From the NCBI GenBank assembly GCA_963789005.1, contig CAWBIZ010000008.1, positions 15,643-79,642 of the forward strand: a stretch of 64,000 nucleotides of DNA, written 5' to 3'. Of the stretch, positions 59,179 through 64,000 are shown in pieces (position 1 is the stretch's first letter; every line of letters starts with the position of its first letter). Position numbers and translations under genes: made by a program. A model generated the notes under the pieces. The model worked only from the letters and a program-made list of their open reading frames with translations. It was not told where the DNA came from and did not search any database. This DNA is from an uncultured Solirubrobacteraceae bacterium. GTDB lineage: Bacteria > Actinomycetota > Thermoleophilia > Solirubrobacterales > Solirubrobacteraceae.

Positions 59179-62100
59179 TCAGGTCTGCCCGGTGGGCGCC
59201 GGCTGGAAACCGGTCGACTCCGGTACCGCCGCGAGCGCATCGCGCGCCGCGGCGGCCGTCTCCCAGCGACGGTCCGGCTCGCGGTCGAGCATGCGTGCGA
59301 TCGCGTCACGCAGCTCGGGCGACACGATCGTGGAGAGCGCGTCCGCGTCGACGTCCTCCATCACCGCCTGCTGCAGCACCTCCATCAGCGTGCCCGGTCG
59401 CCGGGCCGGCCGACCGACCAGCATCTCCCACAGCAGCATGCCGACCGTGAAGACGTCGGCGCGGCCGTCGGCGCCGCTGCCGGTGATGAGCTCCGGCGCG
59501 AGGTACGCCGGGGTGCCGACCACCGGCGCGCCCGAGGCCGTGATCGCGTTGTCGTCGTCGTCGCGGCCGCGCTTGGCGAGCCCGATGTCGACGATCACCG
59601 GGTCCAGCTTCCCGCTGACCATGATGCTCGAGGGCTTGAGATCGAGCCGGATGACGTCGCGCTCGCTCAGGTACTGCAGCGCGTCGAGCAGCGCCGACGC
59701 GATGCGCACCGCGTCGCGCGGCTCGAGCCGGACCTGCGCCAGCAGCTGCTTGAGCGACGTGCCGGTGATGCGCTCCATCACGATGCCCAGGCGGCCGTCG
59801 TCCTCGGCGAACACGTCGAGCGTCGGGACGATGTTGGGGTGCTCGAGCGCGGTTGCGATCTTGGCCTTGCGCATGAAGCGCGCGCGCATCGTCTCGTCAC
59901 CCGCCAACGCCGGAACGTCGAGCATCTTGATCGCGACCTCGCGGCCGCGCTGGCGCTCGCGGGCGATGTACACGCGCCCCATGCCGCCGCGGTCGATCTC
60001 CTGCTCGAGCTCGTAGCGGCCATCGCCGACGACCTCGCCGACCCCGGTCGAGCCCCACGGCTGGGCGGCGATCTCGCCCCCGCCGTCGGCCAGCAGGTCG
60101 GCCCGCTCCTGCACGTTGTCGCGCGCGAAGGCGCGCAGCTTGCCCGCGACGTCGTCGGCCAGCTTGTAGACCGCGACCTGCGCGTCGGGCACGTCGCCGA
60201 ACTGGCGCTCGTCGGCGCCGAGCCCGCGCACGAGCACGAGGTACTCGTGCGTGACGAGATGCTCGAGCAGCGCCTCGACCTTCTCGGGCACGAGTACGAG
60301 CAGCGGGTCGAGCGCGACCTCCTCCTCGTCGGTCGCGTCGCTCGTGCTGATCACGTCCTGCGCGGTGAAGGTGCGTCCGAGCGTGCGCAGGATCCAGTCG
60401 GTCACGTAGTAGGCGCCGATCCGCCAGCGGTCCTCGTCGATCGCGACGGAGAACGCGTGGCCGTCGGCGGCATGGCCGGTGAACTCGGCGAGCACGCGCT
60501 CGACGCCGGCGTAGAACTCGATCCGCGCGCGGTCGGGCGTGCGCAGCGTCAGGTACGGGCGCCCGTCGTCCCATTCCACGAGCGAGTTGAGCTCCATCAG
60601 CAGCAGGCGCGGGACGCCGCGGGCCTTGAAGCGCAGGTAGTCGGGCAGCGAGCCGAGCTCGGCGCGCTCTCGCCAGCCCGGCGCCATCGTGGTCTCGAGC
60701 AGGCGGTCGGTGGCCTGCCACACGCACGGGACGTAGAGCTGCCAGCCGAAGACGCTGTCGTAGACGCTGTTGCCGCGGTGGCTGTGGCGCATCGAGAGGT
60801 CGTGCAGGTCCGGGCCGGCGATGAACACGAAGTGCACGCCCCACGTCGTGAGCAGGTTCTTGAGCCCGCTCACGAGGTCGTCGAGGCACTTGCGACCCGC
60901 GTCCGACGTCGTCAGCTTGTCGAGCTCGTCGACGACCACGACGATCCTGCCGCGCCAGTGCTCCCCCGGCTGCCCACGCCGACGGAAGAGCGACACGATG
61001 CGCAGGAAGTCGTGCTCGACGTCCGCCGCCGAGTAGGCCAGGAACGACGCCTCGAGCGCGAGCGAGTCGGTCGTCTTGCTGGCCATGTCGAGCCGCGGCC
61101 CGAGCGCCTCGAGCAGCGGCATGCCGATCCCGAGCCCGCGCGAGCGCTCGGAGCCCGAGCCGCGGGTCTGCGTGAAGGAGAGCGACGTGCGGCGGTAGGC
61201 GAGGATCAGCTGGCGCTGGATGTCGTCGGGCAGCCGGTCGAGCACGCCGCCGTCGCTGAGCGCCTCGAACAGCCGCCGGATGACCTCGAACAGCAGCTCC
61301 TCGGTCGTCTTCGGGCGCGCCACGTTGAGGAACACGGGCACGACGGCGTCCTCGCCCATCTCGGTGCGCAGGTGCTCGAGCGCGTTGAGGATCACGGTCG
61401 TCTTGCCGACGCCGCGGAAGCCCGTCAGCAGGAACGCGCCCCCGTTCGAGTGCAGGATGCGCTCGACCAGCGCGAGCACGACCTCCTCGTTGCCGAGCAG
61501 CGGGAGCGCGTCCTCCTCCTGCGCGTGGTGGACGTAGCGGAACGACGCGTTGACCGGCGCCCGGACGGCCGTGGCGCGGCGGCGCGCGGCGGCCAGGCGG
61601 TCGGTGCTGGGCTTGCGACCGTTCGTCGCCGGAGCCGGCAGCGCAGGGGGCAGCGGCGGAGAAGGGGCCGGCTGCCGCCGGCCGAGCCTCAGGCGCGGGA
61701 AGCGCCACTGCCACCGCCGCCGCGCGGCGGGAGCGGGCGGCGGCGGCTCGTAGCCGCTCCCGTACACCGTGACACCGGCGGGCGGCGGCGGCGCGGCCGT
61801 CGGTGGTGGCGGCGGGGCCGCGACCGGCATCGGGGCGACGACCGAGGGCGCCGGGACGGGAGCGTCGCCGCGCAGCGCGTGCGCGAACTCGCCGGCCGTC
61901 GCGTAGCGGGCGCCGGGGTCCTTGGCCATCGCGCGCGCGACGACCGCGTCGTACGGGGCGAGCTCCGGTGCCACCTGCGACGGCAGCGGCACCGGGTCGT
62001 TGATGTGCGCGAACAGCGTGCCGGCCTGCGAGTCGCGCGGGAACGGGACCTGCCCCGTGAGCGCCACGTAGAGCAGGCAGCCGAGCGCGTAGATGTCCGC

Positions 62101-62682
62101 GCGCGCGTCGCCGGCGCCCCCCTGGATCCGCTCGGGCGCCGTGTAGTCGAGCGACCCCGCGAAGTCGCCGACCTCGGTGACCGGCGCGCCGCCGAGGCGC
62201 TCGTCGCGCGCGATCGCCAGCCCGAAGTCGGTCACGTAGGCGTGATCGCCGGCGGCGACGAGCACGTTGCCGGGCTTGACGTCGCGGTGCACGAGCCCGA
62301 GCGCATGCGCGGCGTCGAGGGCGGCCGCGACCTGGTCGAGCAGCCGCGCGGCCCGCGGCGCCGCGAGCGGGATCAGCACGTCCAGGCTCGGCCCGTCGAT
62401 CAGCTGCATCGCGAGGAACAGGCGCCCGCCGCTCTCTCCCGCGCGGTACACGGGCACGACGTGGGCGTGGCCGATCGCCGCCGCCAGCCGTGACTCGCGC
62501 TGGAACCGCGCCCGGAACTGCGCGTCGTCCGCGAGCATCGGCGCCATCACCTTCAGCGCCACGTGGCGCCCGAGCGCGACCTCGGTGGCGGCGTAGACGA
62601 CGCCCATGCCACCGCGCCCGATCACGCGGTCGATGCGATAGCCATCGAACTCCGAGCCCGGATCGAGGCCTGCGGCGCTCAT
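59179..62682 (-). CDS. Ser/Thr protein kinase - P-loop NTPase - degenerate second kinase domain fusion (1167 aa)
   Basis: Kinase 1 (aa 14-268): GRGGMGVVY, VALK, HRDVKPGN, DFG, APE. ATPase: Walker A GFRGVGKTT (aa 421-429) and Walker B IVVVVDELD (aa 580-588). Kinase 2 (aa 889-1148): DRGGMGRVY, VAIK, IRLDLKPSS, DIG, APE. Confidence 0.85.
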   Translation of the reverse strand: MSAAGLDPGSEFDGYRIDRVIGRGGMGVVYAATEVALGRHVALKVMAPMLADDAQFRARFQRESRLAAAIGHAHVVPVYRAGESGGRLFLAMQLIDGPSLDVLIPLAAPRAARLLDQVAAALDAAHALGLVHRDVKPGNVLVAAGDHAYVTDFGLAIARDERLGGAPVTEVGDFAGSLDYTAPERIQGGAGDARADIYALGCLLYVALTGQVPFPRDSQAGTLFAHINDPVPLPSQVAPELAPYDAVVARAMAKDPGARYATAGEFAHALRGDAPVPAPSVVAPMPVAAPPPPPTAAPPPPAGVTVYGSGYEPPPPAPAARRRWQWRFPRLRLGRRQPAPSPPLPPALPAPATNGRKPSTDRLAAARRRATAVRAPVNASFRYVHHAQEEDALPLLGNEEVVLALVERILHSNGGAFLLTGFRGVGKTTVILNALEHLRTEMGEDAVVPVFLNVARPKTTEELLFEVIRRLFEALSDGGVLDRLPDDIQRQLILAYRRTSLSFTQTRGSGSERSRGLGIGMPLLEALGPRLDMASKTTDSLALEASFLAYSAADVEHDFLRIVSLFRRRGQPGEHWRGRIVVVVDELDKLTTSDAGRKCLDDLVSGLKNLLTTWGVHFVFIAGPDLHDLSMRHSHRGNSVYDSVFGWQLYVPCVWQATDRLLETTMAPGWRERAELGSLPDYLRFKARGVPRLLLMELNSLVEWDDGRPYLTLRTPDRARIEFYAGVERVLAEFTGHAADGHAFSVAIDEDRWRIGAYYVTDWILRTLGRTFTAQDVISTSDATDEEEVALDPLLVLVPEKVEALLEHLVTHEYLVLVRGLGADERQFGDVPDAQVAVYKLADDVAGKLRAFARDNVQERADLLADGGGEIAAQPWGSTGVGEVVGDGRYELEQEIDRGGMGRVYIARERQRGREVAIKMLDVPALAGDETMRARFMRKAKIATALEHPNIVPTLDVFAEDDGRLGIVMERITGTSLKQLLAQVRLEPRDAVRIASALLDALQYLSERDVIRLDLKPSSIMVSGKLDPVIVDIGLAKRGRDDDDNAITASGAPVVGTPAYLAPELITGSGADGRADVFTVGMLLWEMLVGRPARRPGTLMEVLQQAVMEDVDADALSTIVSPELRDAIARMLDREPDRRWETAAAARDALAAVPESTGFQPAPTGQT

Positions 62683-62735
62683 CGTCCCGCGCCGACGCTC
62701 TCAGGGGTCAGGCCGTCCTGTCAAGCTCGCGCCCC

Positions 62736-63932
62736 ATGCGCCTGACCGAGCACGAGTTCTCCGTTCCGCTCGACCACGACCGCCCCGACGGCGACACGAT
62801 CACCGTGTTCGCGCGCGAGGTCGCCGCCGTCGACGGCGGCGATCGCCCGTACCTCGTGTTCCTGCAGGGCGGCCCGGGCTACGAGGCGCCGCGCCCGACG
62901 CGCACGCCGAGCGGGCCGGGGTGGCTCACCCGCGCGCTCGAGGACTACCGCGTGCTGATGCTCGACCAGCGCGGCACGGGCCGCTCGACGCCGGTCGGGC
63001 TGCTGAGCGGGCTCACGCCGGCCGAGCAGGCGGACCACCTCACGCACTTCCGCGCCGACTCGATCGTGCGCGACGCCGAGCACGTCCGTCGCGCCCTGGG
63101 CGTCGACCGCTGGAGCGTGCTCGGGCAGAGCTTCGGAGGCTTCTGCGCGACGACGTACCTGTCGCTGGCGCCCGAGGGCTTGGCCGAGGCGTTCATCACG
63201 GGCGGGCTGCCGCCGCTGGGCCGTCCTGTCGACGACGTCTACACGGCCACCTACGAGCGCACGCTCGAGCGCAACCGCCGCTACTACGAGCGCTACCCGG
63301 AGGACCGCGAGCGGGTGCTGCGCCTGCGCGAGCTCGACCTCAGGCTGCCGGACGGCGACCGCCTCACGCCGCGCCGCGTGCGCCAGTTCGGCGGCGCCCT
63401 GGGCATGAGCGACGGCGCCGAGGCGGTCCACCACCTGCTCGAGCTCCCGCCCGAGTCGCCCGCCTTCCTGCACGACGCCCTGGCTGCCACCGCGTTCGCG
63501 CGCAATCCGCTGTACGCCGTCGTGCACGAGGCCTCCTACGCCGACGGCGGCGCCACCCGCTGGTCGGCCGACCGCCTGCTCCCGGCGGTCTACGAGGAGC
63601 GCCCGGAGCTCTTCACCGGCGAGCACGTCTTCCCGTGGATGTTCGAGGACTACGGCGCGCTCGCGCCGCTGCGCGAGGCGGCCGACCGGCTCGCCGCCCG
63701 GGAGTGGCCGCGGCTCTACGACGAAGAGCGGCTGGCGGCCAACGAGGTCCCGGCCGCGGCCGCGATCTACGCCGACGACCCGTACGTGGAGCGCGCGTTC
63801 TCCGAGGAGACCGCCGCCCGCATCCGCGGCCTGCGCCCGTGGGTCACGAACGAGTACGACCACAACGGGCTGCGGGCCGACGGCGCGCGCATCCTCGGCC
63901 GCCTGATCGACCTCGTACGCGGCCGAATCTAA
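62736..63932 (+). CDS. Prolyl aminopeptidase-like alpha/beta hydrolase
   Basis: Motifs FLQGGPGYE, DQRGTGRS and the nucleophile elbow GQSFGG. ATG 62736 lies inside ORF 62490..63932. Confidence 0.85.
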   Translation: MRLTEHEFSVPLDHDRPDGDTITVFAREVAAVDGGDRPYLVFLQGGPGYEAPRPTRTPSGPGWLTRALEDYRVLMLDQRGTGRSTPVGLLSGLTPAEQADHLTHFRADSIVRDAEHVRRALGVDRWSVLGQSFGGFCATTYLSLAPEGLAEAFITGGLPPLGRPVDDVYTATYERTLERNRRYYERYPEDRERVLRLRELDLRLPDGDRLTPRRVRQFGGALGMSDGAEAVHHLLELPPESPAFLHDALAATAFARNPLYAVVHEASYADGGATRWSADRLLPAVYEERPELFTGEHVFPWMFEDYGALAPLREAADRLAAREWPRLYDEERLAANEVPAAAAIYADDPYVERAFSEETAARIRGLRPWVTNEYDHNGLRADGARILGRLIDLVRGRI

Positions 63933-63935
63933 GGC

Positions 63936-63959
63936 GGTCTGACCCCTCGAGGTCAGACC
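63936..63959 (+). terminator. Hairpin 4 nt after the aminopeptidase stop
   Basis: GGTCTGACC-CCTCGA-GGTCAGACC: 9-bp perfect stem, no T-tract. A third GGTCAGACCC copy lies at 63966-63975. Confidence 0.45.
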
Positions 63960-64000
63960 CCTGGGGGTCAGACCCTTGAGTGTGGTCGGCTGAGAGCTAG

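Overview
Very GC-rich chromosomal segment (judged by eye at over 70 % G+C, not computed) that looks actinobacterial, with dense coding on both strands. Many long Arg/Ala/Pro/Gly-rich ORFs in the six-frame track are antisense or out-of-frame artefacts. I chose real frames by recognisable protein motifs, G/C third-position bias (GC3), Shine-Dalgarno (SD) sequences and start/stop coupling. No database search was possible, so every product call is motif-level recognition.

Content, left to right:
- 0-10 kb: housekeeping and accessory genes (XRE fragment, 2-hydroxyacid dehydrogenase, PadR, ppc, ogt, EEP nuclease/phosphatase, aldehyde dehydrogenase, BNR/sialidase-like protein).
- 10-20 kb: an alpha/beta hydrolase and class II ribonucleotide reductase nrdJ with a 545-bp upstream gap carrying three phased 38-bp palindromes; then galE, tmk, holB, a MobA fusion and a PHP protein.
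- 20-22.5 kb: a receiver plus PAS-GGDEF-EAL pair.
- 22.6-32.5 kb: a complete selenocysteine island. It holds selA, a UGA-containing NAD-type formate dehydrogenase, fdhD, selD, tRNA-Sec and selB, followed by tRNA-Thr.
- 32.5-48.9 kb: a patchwork of regulators, hydrolases and redox genes, including two large LuxR-type ATPase regulators, one of them frameshifted.
- 48.9-51.5 kb: a secreted/membrane-protein operon with an apparent frameshift.
- 51.5-64 kb: HhH-GPD protein, PhoD, a membrane GGDEF-EAL protein, NfeD-SPFH, a GH15-like hydrolase, a 1167-aa kinase / P-loop ATPase / degenerate-kinase protein, and a prolyl-aminopeptidase-like hydrolase.

Most noteworthy:
1. The formate dehydrogenase catalytic subunit is split at a domain boundary, and its two halves are encoded in swapped order around a NuoE-NuoF fusion. 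An in-frame UGA with an fdhF-like SECIS hairpin sits in the molybdopterin half.
2. The dual-kinase ATPase protein.

No CRISPR array, integrase, transposase or recognisable phage-defence genes were seen.
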